Below, piece after piece: positions 1 to 13,104 of a stretch of DNA of 64,000 bases. The stretch's first letter is position 1; each line of letters begins with the position of its first letter. Source of the stretch: Dimorphilus gyrociliatus (Eukaryota; Animalia; Annelida); the NCBI GenBank assembly GCA_904063045.1, contig CAJFCJ010000008.1:1-64000 (forward strand), given 5' to 3'. A model generated the notes under the pieces. The model saw nothing but the letters and a program-made list of their open reading frames with translations. It had not been told where the DNA came from and ran no database searches. The position numbers were made by a program, and so were the translations under genes.

Positions 1-354
1 TATCTTAACACGCAAACGGTCGGTCACTTCATAAGAAAAAACGGTCGTTTTCCGTGACCTCTTTGTACACATAGATGAAAAAATTCAATCAACTCAGCTT
101 TTAGTGGTTTTGAACAAGATAGCAGATAAATAGAAGTTATATAAGTGTTAACGGAATATCATAATCAATGGCGCGTGCAATAGACAGCTGCGCGTACCAG
201 TGCCCAACTTTTTCTTGAGCAAATAAAGTAGTCATTATAGATTGAATCCAGCGCTCTATGATTAATTGCCACTCATTTTTAGATGTCTGGAGAGCTATTT
301 AAAGTTCCGCTTTGTTCGAACTATCATAATATACGACTGTATGCTCAATCTTAC

Positions 355-3300
355 CTCCAGCAAGTCGATCATTCGTGTCATTTGAGAATAGATAAGAACA
401 CGGTGATTTTCAGCTTTCAAGCGGGCCAACAATGCATCAAGTACGCCCAACTTTCCAGAATCTGTTATTAAAGTCTCCTTATCTGTAAAAAAAAGAAAAG
501 AAAGGAGTTGTTGTTAGTGTTCAAAGCCACATTCTTTTTTAATGGACAAGCTAATTCAGTCAACACCCCCTGACTACACGCCTCCCTCATCGACTTTATA
601 GAATTCGTGCATTCAAATCGCCGGCGCCACGCGTCAAAACTGACCGCGGCGTTACTGACAAGACGCTATTGTCACCTATACAGTACTCTATGGTCTAGTT
701 GGCGTCATGAACTTGGTCGCACGCGTGCCAATTCGCCCACTTTTCTATAAAAAACGCCAATTTTTTTTATAGTGGCACGCAAGAAATACTTATATACAGC
801 CAAGAAAATGAAAGTGCCACTCAACCTAGTTCAATTCAATGCTCAAGCAAAAAACACATTAACACATCATTTCTTGGCAGAATGTTATACTGGTGAGCAG
901 AGGAAATGCAAGATTTGGTTTAGAGTAACAAATATAAAAATAGCGAATTGTTACTAACATTACATATAAAGGCTATATACCGAGTATTTGTTACAAAGGA
1001 ATGAGTTGAAATTACTTAATAATTTATGACATTTTAAGACTAAAAGCGTCTGTTATTTCATAGGGTTTTTCAACCAACACCAGGGGGAGCTTTATACTGA
1101 TACAGTTATTATCTTTCCATATCTTTAATCAAATCAGTGCCAACTTCATAAAGGAGTCCGTACAAAACTCCAAAACAAAGACACTTTCAAAAAAAAGAAT
1201 ATTAAGCTTGCTCCAAGGCACGTTCCAAGACGCGCACCTTTCTTGACACATGATGTAAAACACACTGTATGGAACTCTACTTGAAACAATTTTCCTTTTG
1301 CACTCAATTATCAGATACGCAATGACATTTCATAACTACTTATCATCACAATTGTTTTTTACGCATGTACTAGAAACCGGAAAGGTCAAAGCCTGCAAAT
1401 TACTATCGAGAAAAACTTGAATGACCAAGCGTCAACACAACAAGCGTGAAATTACGTCACTTGTATGGTCATTTGGAAAGATGACCAACATCTGTTCTTT
1501 CCTTAAGGCTATTGACGTACGCTACTGACGTCAGTCAAGTTTCAAACATCCATTACAGGTCGATAAAGCGATGTTGTTGCTATTTTTTGTTTGTAACAGT
1601 TACAAATCAAATCCCAAAAACTAATCTGACATAATTTCTAAACTCCCAGGTACCATTCAGTCGTTGACACACGCGCATGACAGCCTATTATAAATTAGAG
1701 CGGTTAAAGGTTCTGAACTAATTCCAGAGTCCTTAATTTCTAAACAATTGTACAAATTAAAGAAGTCGATCGGTCTGATCCAATTTCGAACATCTTGGAC
1801 AAAAGGCTACTCTACAGGATATTTTTTAGATAAATAATATAATAACAGATGAATGGGTCACTTAGTACAACACTTTAATAAGAAAAAGACAATCAAATAA
1901 TCTTTTTTAATTAAGATTTTACACGATTCATTCTAATATCGATGGTAGTCATGTTTCTTTTTATTGTTGTTTTGTTTCGATTAAAAGTAGGCTAAAGTAG
2001 TTCAATATTCAGATAATGACTATAGCGAATTTTCAAGTTGATGTGCGAAAATATTAATGATTTTAAAGGGCTTTTTTTTGATAAGATACACGAATTTGAT
2101 AAATATAATTTTATAAGGGGAAAGTCCACTGATCTTAATTTAGTTTAAGGGACAAACCGAAACCATCAACATAGAAAATTAAAGTTGTAACAAAAACAGT
2201 CTTAACAAGCTAAGAACGCGTGCCACATATTTTCTAATCGTTCATCACACTATAAACAATGCTTCGTAATCTCGTCTAGAAAATAATACACAAACAATCC
2301 AAGAACTTATGTAATACCTCTTAACCTCTTAAGCGTAATCTTATTGCAGGTTAAATGATTGAGGCTTAAGTAACATTTGGACCCTTTCCAAAATCATCCC
2401 CTCAACAATAAGACAAATTTACAAAACTACTTACCAGGAATAAATACGTGAGAGAACCCGTGAACAGGATTAACAGCTAAAAGGCCCCGAGGTTCTGGTT
2501 TAAAAAGATATTGATGGGCAGTTTTCATCTATAAAATTTCAAAACAATGAAACAAAAATTAATAAATTTACTTAGGAATTATAATAATTAAAAAAAAACA
2601 GATTGTTTACTTCTTGAGCGAGATTCGTTGATCCGTAAAGTATACAGTCTTTTTCGTCTGTGTGAACAAGTGCTGCCCTCTGTTGTCTCATGAAATTATT
2701 GTCTATGCAATATTCTCCACATGAATATGCTGCAACCTGGATAGAAATCAGAATATTAATTGACTTGCTCTAGACAAATGTAAGATAATCTTACTTTTGA
2801 TATGTTGTTGTACAAAAAGTCAGGGATATCAACTAGTTCTTCGTCCAGTATTTTGGGTTCTCTATGTTTAAATTCAGATATTTCAATATCCTGAGAAACT
2901 TCATCAGCTTCATTTGGTAAATTGAGCGATGTATGATTTTTTAACTTGGAGTCATCAGTTGTGCAATCAGCTTCATTCAGTTTAGATTCTTCATCTTCCA
3001 CAGGAGATACTGAATTTCGTAATCGAATTTTTCGATGAGTGGCAGTCTCTCTCATATAATGCAAAGTAGGAACAGTATGTCCCAAGATAGGTTTAACAGG
3101 ACTTGTGAAACATAGTTTACTTAAAACTTGACTTTGATTGATGGACGTAGGATTTAAACAAAAATAAGATTCCATCATAAACAATGATCGAGTTGATAAA
3201 TCAGGGCTTTGCCAGTTAGTCTTATGATTTAAATTTTCGATTTCCCGTTCTCCCTCAACGATACTTCTCCATCTAGTTAGAAATTTTTTTAACAAAATGC

Positions 3301-6300
3301 TTAATCATACATAAAACAAATATATTCTTAATCGACTAACCTATATGAAATACTGTAAAACATCATTTTATAAAGCTCTGTTGGAGATATATTTACAAAT
3401 CTTGTAAAACCAAAAGTATTAGATTTTTCAGTTTTATTCGAGGAAAAGATAGACTTGTGAATATTGCCCTCATTATATATAAACAAATTATTGTATAATA
3501 GTTTTCTCCTTCCCCACGAAGACGTATCCAATATTCCTTGGATTATAAAACAGATATTAACTATTTAGCTATGAAAGACATTTGTGATCTATAAATACCT
3601 TCATTAAAAACGAGTTGAGGGATAACGTAGCTGTCTAGTTGTATGAAAAATGATGACTTGAGCTCTCTCCTCTCGAAGAGTTCTGGATGGTTGCAAACCT
3701 AGAGTTTTGTAAAATAAATAGTTCATTTTATGGATGGGTAAAATAATCGATAAAATTTAATTACTTTTCTAAACTGCATAACCAAATTCATCAAGCTAGA
3801 TGTTGATGATTGTGAGAGTGCCGCTGAGCTTTGCAATAAATCTTCTATACGAATTTTTCTTTTTAAAGCACTGTACAATTTTCTTTGGCGCGTTGTTAAA
3901 GGACAGTACGTCAAGACTTCGATCTAAAGGGATTATAAATATAAAAACGTTGCGTTAAAGAATTATTTCTAATTGATCGAGTATAAAATTTGCTTATAAG
4001 TTTAAAATTAGTCATCCGTAATAATTGGAGCTTACCTTATCGGACAATTCATTTTCAACATCTTTTTTAACCCTTCGTAACATGAAAGGTTTCAAAATCA
4101 TATGCAGCCTAGAAAGTTGATCTGTAAAGGAAGGTTTTAAAAAATGAAGTTTATGATTTTTCAAGACATACTTTCATCTATTCCCGACTGTTTTTCAGCA
4201 TGACTTTCAATGTCTTTTGAAAACCACTCATTAAATTCATCATGGGAATCAAAAAGTGTTGGCATAATGAAATGCAATAGGGCCCATAACTGTTAACAAA
4301 CATTTTCTGATTAATAAATAGTTTCCTTTAATTTGATAGTTTTACCTCGGCCATACTGTTCTGAATAGGTGTGCCTGTTAATAACAGGCGGTTTCGGCAA
4401 TTGAATTGTAATAAAATTTTCCAACGAGTGCTGAAAAAATTTACAGAACGTTAGTTTGAGAATTTGAGAGGCTGCTTTTAGACAGCTAATGTAAATTAGA
4501 AGTGAAGCTTTCACCTCGCAGTGCTTTTGATGGCCTGAGCCTCATCTAGAACCATATACTGCCATTTTATTCGCTGAAAATATTTTACGTCTTGGATAAC
4601 AATTTGATAGCTGGTGATAACAATATGAAAAGATGCATCAGGTGTATATAATTTAGCTGAATTCCAAAATGTTCTTAGAACTTTACGATCTTGTGTTGTC
4701 CCCCAATAGGGTACAACCTACAAATGTATGAAAAAGAATATTAATATAAAACTCATATTATTATATATGAACTGTTTTCACCTTTAAACGAGGTATAAAT
4801 CTAGCACATTCCTGTTGCCAATTATGAAGGGTAGACGCCGGTGCAACTACCAGAAATGGTCCCCATGTTCCCTGAGTTTCGCACAATAACGCTAACGTTG
4901 CTATGGCCTGTACAGTTTTTCCAAGACCCATTTCGTCAGCTAGGATACCATTTATGCCTTGATCATATAAACTCATCAACCAGTTCATTCCCCTCAGCTG
5001 ATAAGATTTTAGCTTTCCTTCAAACAATGTAGGTTGCGTATATTCGTCAGAGCATACAGGAACAGCTAGAGCCCCATCTTTATAATGAATATAACTTATA
5101 TATAATTATTTATTACTTTAAGTAAACACTCACCTCCGCCTGATAATAGCTTAACTTGCTCGTCAAATGATCTGGTCTAAATATGATTTTTTTTGGATAA
5201 GTATGGGTTAGTGTAAATAAAAAGACAAAACAAACTTTGGAATGTTGTGCTGCAACTGCTTCTTCAACATTCTGCAGTGCTTGATTTTTAACCATATCAC
5301 TATCTAAGAAATGAAAGAAATGTTGTGATAAGAAAATCCTTGAAGGTTATAGTATTTTTTCAACTTTACCATAATCATCTGTTAGAAAGCTTTGGATTAT
5401 CCCTTTAGTTACTGGTATTCCTTCTTTACTCTCTCCATTTTCATCCAACCTACTTAAGATTTCAGTTTGTTTTTCATCCGTATTCTTTTCCTCAGATTTT
5501 AACCTATTTTTATTGGCCATAAAATGGGCGTACAATTCAGTTTGGGTTATCAAAAAATTTAATTTTCTTTGTTGACGTTTTGCCTGACACCAAATAGAAA
5601 TTATAGAGTTTGCTTTATTTCTCAAATGAAACCTTACCTCTCTCATTTCTATATCTATCTTTCTCTGTTCAAGGGCTTCTTTTTCAGCCTTTTTCCTTGC
5701 ACCTTTCTCAACTTTATCGAAACGTTTCCAAAAAACATTCATTTCTTTGGCCAATCTTCTTGCTCTTACACCAGCATCTTTTGTTAGTTTTTGAGAGGTA
5801 AGAGCCATTTTTCTTCTTTCTCTCATACATCCTAGAGAGTGTAATGTAAGTGTCACTATTAAATATTAAATAAAAAATACAATTATTTCACAAACCCTGA
5901 GCAAGTTTCTTTAACATTTGCAAGTTTTCTTTCCGCTGATTAATTACTTGCTTTGAAGCTCTTTGAATTTCTTTTTTGGTAATGATAGCCATTGTCTTTC
6001 TCCTTAATACTGCTTTTTCGGTGTCATTCATTTTTTTTGATTTACCACTTCTAACAGGAATAGGTTGCTTTTGGGTATTCTCAAAAACAGCAACAGGAAC
6101 TGGCATTCTGATCTATAGGTAGAGAGCGGTTATACTGTATATAGTGTGAAAAAAAAATTTAGCAGAAAATTATTTACCTCGCCCTCTTCCACTTCATCGT
6201 TCATAATTCTCTTCTTTTTTAGAGCCCCTATTGTATATTTAAATAAAGAATATAAGGAATTAATTTATGCAATTGTTGACTATACAATAAATTATAATTA

Positions 6301-7145
6301 CGTTTTCGTTCTAAATTCCGCTTCTCTCTCATTACTTTAGAATCGAAAGATCCAGTTCCATCTCCCTCATAACAATCATTAAAAGATAATAAACCGGAGC
6401 TAAAATATGAGTATCTTTTAGGCTGTAAGAGATTTAAGGATAATCATGAGATAGACTTAGTCCATGTAACAATAAAATTTAACTAACGTTCTTAACATTA
6501 TCATTTAGGACCTTTTTTCGGTGTTTTAAGGTGTATTTTCTGATTTTAATAAGAGTTTTAACTTTTTCTATATTCCATTCATCATCGTCGTCATCTGATG
6601 AAGTTTCGGTTAGAAGCATATCCTGAAGTACTTCTCGATCTTCGTCAATTTTACTGAAGTTATACAAACGGATTTTGTCCATTTGACGTTCTATGTTAAA
6701 GAAAATAATCAAAAGTTTATAACCAGCAATTATATAGGGTGAATAAGGTACAGTTTTTTTTACCCACCAATTTTACTGATTGACAATCCATTATTGAAAG
6801 TTTTTGTTCCAGTATCTGCACTCTCAACACTACAAAAGTCATCCGCACTAGAAGAATCAGATTCTCCTCCACTATTTTATAAAGGCGAAAGAAAAACATT
6901 AAATCACATGCTAAATAGACAAAAATCTAATTATTAAAAACCTTGATCGACTTGTGTAATTATCAATGTAAGACAAGAGTGGTTCTAGTCTCAACGCATT
7001 TTCTAGCCGTTGTATATGTAAAGGTTTAGCTAAGTAGCCGTGGTCTTGGAGGGCGGCTGGTAATTCCTCGTCCATATCTAAAATAATCAAGTAGTCGATA
7101 TTTAGCATGAAATATGATTTTTTTGAATATTCCACTACCTTCCAT
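355..7145 (-). CDS. INO80: INO80 chromatin-remodelling ATPase, multi-exon; the 3' part continues beyond position 1
   Basis: Spliced translation gives the N-terminal [16 protein letters not shown], a DBINO segment ([22 protein letters not shown]), Walker [17 protein letters not shown] box, [20 protein letters not shown] and the start of the HELICc lobe ([36 protein letters not shown]). Exons checked in frame include 355-482, 2435-2528, 2611-2736, 2795-3272, 3341-3536, 3599-3698, 3765-3923, 4036-4121 and 4172-4289. Probable start is ATG GAA G|gt at 7145-7139. Confidence 0.96.
483..2434 (-). other. 1952-bp INO80 intron, about 30x the local norm, CpG-enriched with a motif cluster
   Basis: Donor GT at 2434-2433 and acceptor AG at 484-483 join CCT G|AT AAG ([10 protein letters not shown]) in frame. 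It contains CACGCG/CGCGTG at 628, 720-727, 1670 and 2217, and TGACGTCA at 1526-1533. The next intron (donor at 354) is also long and runs off the window. Confidence 0.9.
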
Positions 7146-7553
7146 GATCGGAAAACAGCGTTATCCCTTTCATCCGCCAATTATTTTGGGCTGCTTTTGG
7201 CCGTTTTCGTCCAACGCTTCCCGTTAAATTTATATGTATTGGAATGGCTGCCGCAATGCGTAGAGGCTGAAGCACACGAACGACTTTTTTGATTCGCCAA
7301 TTTGTATCGGCCATTTTTGTTACGTCAATTTTTTCCTCAATTTTAAGCTATTTTTTAATACTTTCTAGTAAAGTTAAAAATTATGCACAATTAAAAAAAA
7401 TATTTTAAAAAGATTTTTTAATTAATATTTCAATGCGAAGCTTCTCTCTCAAGAAACCGGAAGTTGTTGTTGCGGCGATTTGCTGTAGGTTTCATCACCA
7501 CGTGATAAACTATTTAGGCGGCTGTCAAATTGTTAAATAAACATATAGAAAGG
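7146..7553. promoter_or_regulatory. Bidirectional promoter shared by INO80 and EPRS
   Basis: Only 408 bp separate the divergent start codons. ETS consensus CCGGAAGT at 7457-7464, YY1-like GGCCATTTT at 7309-7317, local CpG enrichment. Confidence 0.7.
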
Positions 7554-10500
7554 ATGATTCCTTTAACGATTAACGAAAAAACCGCATCTGCAGGTAAGTT
7601 TTTAATGTCTTTATTTGTCATGTTAAAAAAGTCCTCTTTTCTATTATTAATCAATAGCAGTACTGCTTACTGCCGAACTTGTTAAAGATAAATGCTCTTT
7701 GGAAGTGAAAGAGGGTGAAAACACTGAGTTATGCGTCTCCGAGTAATTATTTTTTTGATTCCGATTTATTTAATTAATTAATACTGCTTTTGTTGAAGTA
7801 GTTCTACTTTTTCTTCTACGAACTCTATTATACGATATTTGGCAAGAGTCTGTGAGGACCCTAAACTTTATGGAAGTACTCCAATTGAATCAGCTGAGGT
7901 TTGTGTAAGGAAAACAACAGTTTATCTATAACTAAACTTTTTGGGCAATCAGGTTGACAATTACTTGGAATACGCTCATGAGCTACTTGAGAACAAGTGT
8001 ACTGATGAAATTTTGAAAACACTAAATTCTCGACTTGCTTCAAGAGCTTTCCTCGTTGGAAGATCTACAACAATCGCCGATTGTGCCATTTGGGATGCTT
8101 TAACAAGTATATATCATATGATTTTTAAGTTGATCAAAAATACGACATAATACTGATGTTTCAGGAAATTTGTCTCTAACTACTGGATTTCCCAACGTCT
8201 CTAAATACTTAAAGATGATGATAAAGAAGAAGGTCTTTTCAAATATTGGTAAGATTTATATGCCTATTATAATTATTATCGAAAAGTTACACATAGATTA
8301 CATCATATTTTATAATCAGTTATAAGGTTATTAATTTATGGATAAAATTCTAGTTATATCAAATATTATAGACCTAACGAAAATGCTAATACAAATTATA
8401 ACATAACCACTAAATATTTTTTAATATGAATGTATACTATGCTTTGTACGAAGATATTTTGAGACTCAAGATATTTGTTTACTCATAGCCTCGAAGAAAA
8501 ATATCACCCTTCCTGGTGCGGCTAACAATGAGGTTAAGAAAAACACTTATGAATTAAATATTATTATAAAAAACATATTTTTTATTTAGGGAGCTAAAAA
8601 AGAAAGAAAAGGGGAAGAAGGAAAATTTGTCCCTCTTCCGGGAGCAAAGAAGGGAGAAGTTGTTGTTAGATTTCCGCCAGAAGCCAGTGGATATCTTCAC
8701 ATTGGACATGCAAAGGCTGCTCTCTTGAACCAATATTATCAAATCTCATTTGAAGGAAAGTTGATTATGAGATTTGACGATACCAATCCGGCTAAGGAAA
8801 GTTCTGAATTTGAGCAAGTTATCCTTGAGGACTTGAAATTACTTGGTATTAAGCCTGATGTTTTCACTCATACCTCTGATCATTTCGATCTAATAAGTGA
8901 CTTTTGTGTCAAAATGATGAAGGAGGGTAAGGCATACGCAGATGATACCGAACCCGAGGAGATGAAAAAGCAAAGAGAAACTAGAACTGAGTCTAAGAAT
9001 CGTACTAACAGTTTGGAAAAAAATTTGTCAATGTGGGAGGAAATGAAAAAGGGTTCGAGTTATGGTAAAACTTGCTGTATACGAGCAAAAATTGATATGC
9101 AGTCTAATAACGGTTGTTTGAGAGATCCAACAATGTATCGCTGTAAGGAAGAGGCTCATGTTCGCACTGGCACTAAATACAAGGTTTATCCAACCTACGA
9201 TTTTGCATGTCCTATAGTCGATTCTGTAGAAGGTGTCACTCATGCATTGAGAACTACCGAATATCGTGATCGCGATGCTCAATATGAGTGGTTCCTTAAT
9301 GCCATGAAGATTCGTAAACCTATTGTGTATGAGTATGCTAGATTAAATCTGCAAAATATAGTTATGTCGAAAAGAAAACTTACGTGGTTTGTAGAAGAAG
9401 GTATTGTTGAAGGATGGAATGATCCTAGATTTCCAACTGTTAGAGGAGTTTTACGTCGAGGAATGACTGTAGAGGGTTTGAAACAGTTTGTTATAGCTCA
9501 AGGCTCTACCAAATCTGTAAATTTCATGGAGTGGGATAAAATATGGGCATTCAACAAGAAGGTTATAGACCCAATAGTTCCTCGTTATACCGCGCTTTTG
9601 AAAGATGATTTAATAAAAGTCAACATCAACGGCGTGACTGAGAACGAAGCAGTAGTTGACGCTCATCCTAAAAATAAGGAAGCTGGAACTAAAACTGTGT
9701 TTAGAACTAAAACTGTCCTTATCGAACAGGAGGATGCATTGCGATTCAAAGAGAACGAAAATGTGACGTTCGTCAATTGGGGTAATGTTATGATAAAGTC
9801 GATCAAGAAAAGTGGCGATCGCATAGTGTCTGTCGATGGCGATCTCAATCTGGAGGATACAAACTACAAAAAAACTATAAAGATTACATGGCTTCCCCAA
9901 ACTGAGAAGGAGGAAATAATTCCAATCACTGCTCACCATTACGATCACCTAATAACTAAAGGAGTCTTGGATAAAAACGATGATTTCAAAAATTTTATAA
10001 ACAGAAACTCGAAGAAAGAAATCCACTTTTTAGGTGAATCAATGATTGGTAAACTAAAAAAAGGGGATATTATTCAAGTCCAAAGAAAGGGATATTACAT
10101 TGTTGATGTTCCATATGAACCAATGAGCAGACACAGCAGTCGTTGTCAACCAGCAGTTTTGATACTTGTTCCTGAGGGAAACCAGGAAAAACAAGAAGGA
10201 CAAATCGGTTCAAAAAAAGTTAAAGAAAGCAAAGGAGGAAAAAGTAAAGAAGCAAATCAAGAGAAAAAACAGGCTGCTACAAGTAGTTCTGGCAACGCTG
10301 TTGATCTTAATGAAAAAATTTCCTCTCAAGGAAACAAGATTCGCGATTTGAAGAGCAAGAAAGCTGATAAAGGAACAATCGATGCCGAAGTTAAGATTTT
10401 ACTGGCACTTAAAGCAGAATATAAATCTGCAACCGGAAGCGATTGGAAACCAGGAGCAGCTCCACCAAAAGCTGCTTCTGCTTCAGCTGCTTCAACAGGG

Positions 10501-13104
10501 GGAGATGCATCAGCTCTAAATGATAAAATCACTGAGCAAGGCAACAAGATTCGTGACTTAAAGAGCAAGAAAGCTGATAAAGGAACAATCGATGCCGAAG
10601 TTAAGACTTTACTGGCACTCAAAGCAGAATACAAATCTGCAACCGGAAGCGATTGGAAACCAGGAGCAGCTCCACCAAAAGCTGCTGCTTCGGCTGCTCC
10701 GACAGGAGGAAATGCATCAGCTCTAAATGATAAAATCACTGAGCAAGGCAACAAGATTCGTGACTTAAAGAGCAAGAAAGCTGATAAAGGAACAATCGAT
10801 ACTGAAGTTAAGACTTTACTGGCACTTAAAGCAGAATACAAATCTGCAACCGGAAGCGATTGGAAACCAGGAGCAGCTCCACCAAAAGCTGCTTCTGCTT
10901 CAGCTGCTTCAACAGGGGGAGATGCATCAGCTCTAAATGATAAAATCACTGAGCAAGGCAACAAGATTCGTGACTTAAAGAGCAAGAAAGCTGATAAAGG
11001 AACAATCGATGCCGAAGTTAAGACTTTACTGGCACTCAAAGCAGAATACAAATCTGCAACCGGAAGCGATTGGAAACCAGGAGCAGCTCCACCAAAAGCT
11101 GCTGCTTCGGCTGCTCCGACAGGAGGAAATGCATCAGCTCTAAATGATAAAATCACTGAGCAAGGCAACAAGATTCGTGACTTAAAGAGCAAGAAAGCTG
11201 ATAAAGGAACAATCGATGCCGAAGTTAAGACTTTACTGGCACTCAAAGCAGAATACAAATCTGCAACCGGAAGCGATTGGAAACCAGGAGCAGCTCCACC
11301 AAAAGCTGCTGCTTCGGCTGCTCCGACAGGAGGAAATGCATCAGCTCTAAATGATAAAATCACTGAGCAAGGCAACAAGATTCGTGATTTAAAGAGCAAG
11401 AAAGCTGATAAAGGAACAATCGATACCGAAGTTAAGACTTTACTGGCACTTAAAGCAGAATATAAATCTGTTACAGGAAATGATTGGAAACCACCAGCAC
11501 AAAGTTCTTGTGGTAATAAGCCACAAAAGAAAGAAATTAGGAAGGAAAGTGAAAAAAAAGCTGCTACTGGCGCAGGTGAAAGTGGTGGAAAAAAAGTAAC
11601 TCGTTTGGGACTAGAGGTTGAAAAGGATGATTTATCAGAGTGGTACTCTCAAGTTATTACAAAGTCTGAAATGATTGAATATTATGATGTGTCTGGTTGT
11701 TATATTCTTCGCCCATGGGCATTTGGTATTTGGGAATCCATTCAAGCCTCCTTTGATACCTCAATCAAGAAACTAGGTGTTGAAAACTGCTATTTCCCTA
11801 TGTTTGTATCGAATGCAGCATTACAAAAGGAAAAAGATCACATAGCTGATTTTAGTCCTGAAGTAGCATGGGTAACAAAATGTGGAAGTTCAGAAATGGC
11901 AGAGCCAGTAGCAATTCGTCCTACAAGCGAAACTGTTATGTATCCATCATATTCTAGATGGGTTCAGTCTCATAGAGATTTACCTATTAAACTTAACCAA
12001 TGGTGCAACGTTGTACGATGGGAATTTAAACACCCTCAACCATTTTTGAGAACGCGTGAATTTCTCTGGCAAGAAGGACATACTGCTTATGCTAATAAAG
12101 AAGACGCCGTTAAAGAAGTGTATCAAATTCTTGAATTATATGCTGGTATCTACGAGGATCTTTTGGCCATACCTGTTGTCCGAGGGCGAAAGACTGAAAA
12201 AGAGAAATTTGCTGGTGGGGATTTCACTACAACAGTTGAAGCCTATGTTCCTGCATCTGGAAGAGCTATACAAGGAGCAACAAGCCATCATTTGGGACAA
12301 AACTTTTCGAAAATGTTTAACATTTCTTTCGAAGATCCAGTAACTGGGGAAAAACAATTTGCTTATCAAAATTCTTGGGGTCTTACAACTAGAACTATTG
12401 GCGTTTTGGTAATGGTTCATGGAGATAATAAAGGTCTCGTTCTCCCTCCAAGACTTGCCAAATATCAAGCTGTTATAATTCCTTGCGGAGTTACTGCCAG
12501 CTTAAAGCCGGCTGAAAAGAAGGATCTGTATGATACCTGTAGCAAACTTACAGATCAGCTGAATGCTTCTGGTATAAGAACTAAGTGCGATTTGAGAGAA
12601 AACTACAGCCCAGGCTGGAAGTTTAATAATTGGGAATTGAAGGGTGTTCCCCTACGTATTGAAATAGGACCTAGAGATATGAAAAATAATGAGATTGTTG
12701 TAGTACGAAGAGATAATTCCATAAAGGCGACAGTTAGCAATAACGGCGTAGAGAAGAGTTTAGCAAGCTTACTGGAGACCATTCAAAAAGACATGTTCAG
12801 CAAAGCTTTTAAAGAAATGTGGAACAACATCACTACAACAAAAAGCTTCGATGAATTCTGTTCAATGCTGGATAGGAAAAAGTTGATAATGTCACCATTT
12901 TGTGGTGAAATCGATTGCGAGGATACCATTAAGAAGTTGAGTGCTAGAGAGGCAGTCGTTGAGGAAGGAGCACCAGCAATGGGAGCCAAAGGTTTATGTA
13001 TTCCCCAACAGCAGCCAGCGGAGGTTCAATCGTCTGACAAATGTATTTGTCCGGGGTGCAACAAAAAACCAAAATTTTATACGATGTTTGGTCGATCGTA
13101 TTAA
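7554..13104 (+). CDS. EPRS1: Bifunctional glutamyl-prolyl-tRNA synthetase (GST-like domain, GluRS, 6 WHEP, ProRS), about 1673 aa
   Basis: Exons 7554-7593, 7658-7742, 7799-7898, 7953-8106, 8165-8248, 8489-8532 and 8590-13104 splice in frame. Motifs: RFPPEASGYLHIGH (class I HIGH), MSKRK, WHEP repeats, ProRS IRPTSETVMY and FLRTREFLWQEGH, C-terminal zinc cysteines and terminal GRSY. Confidence 0.98.
10294..11493 (+). repeat. Coding tandem array of six WHEP-TRS domains with 207/210-nt units
   Basis: Unit starts at 10294, 10504, 10711, 10921, 11128 and 11335 (spacing 210, 207, 210, 207, 207). Units 2-5 are nearly identical at the nucleotide level. Confidence 0.97.

Noticed and set aside
22-59. GGTCAC...GTGACC hairpin at the window edge
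   Set aside because: It is short, imperfect and truncated by the window, so it cannot be evaluated.
283-471. 62-aa plus-strand ORF
   Set aside because: It overlaps the INO80 exon 355-482 in antisense and has no independent support.
10326-11399. 357-aa repetitive minus-strand ORF
   Set aside because: It is the antisense shadow of the WHEP array; one stop-free unit is simply repeated.
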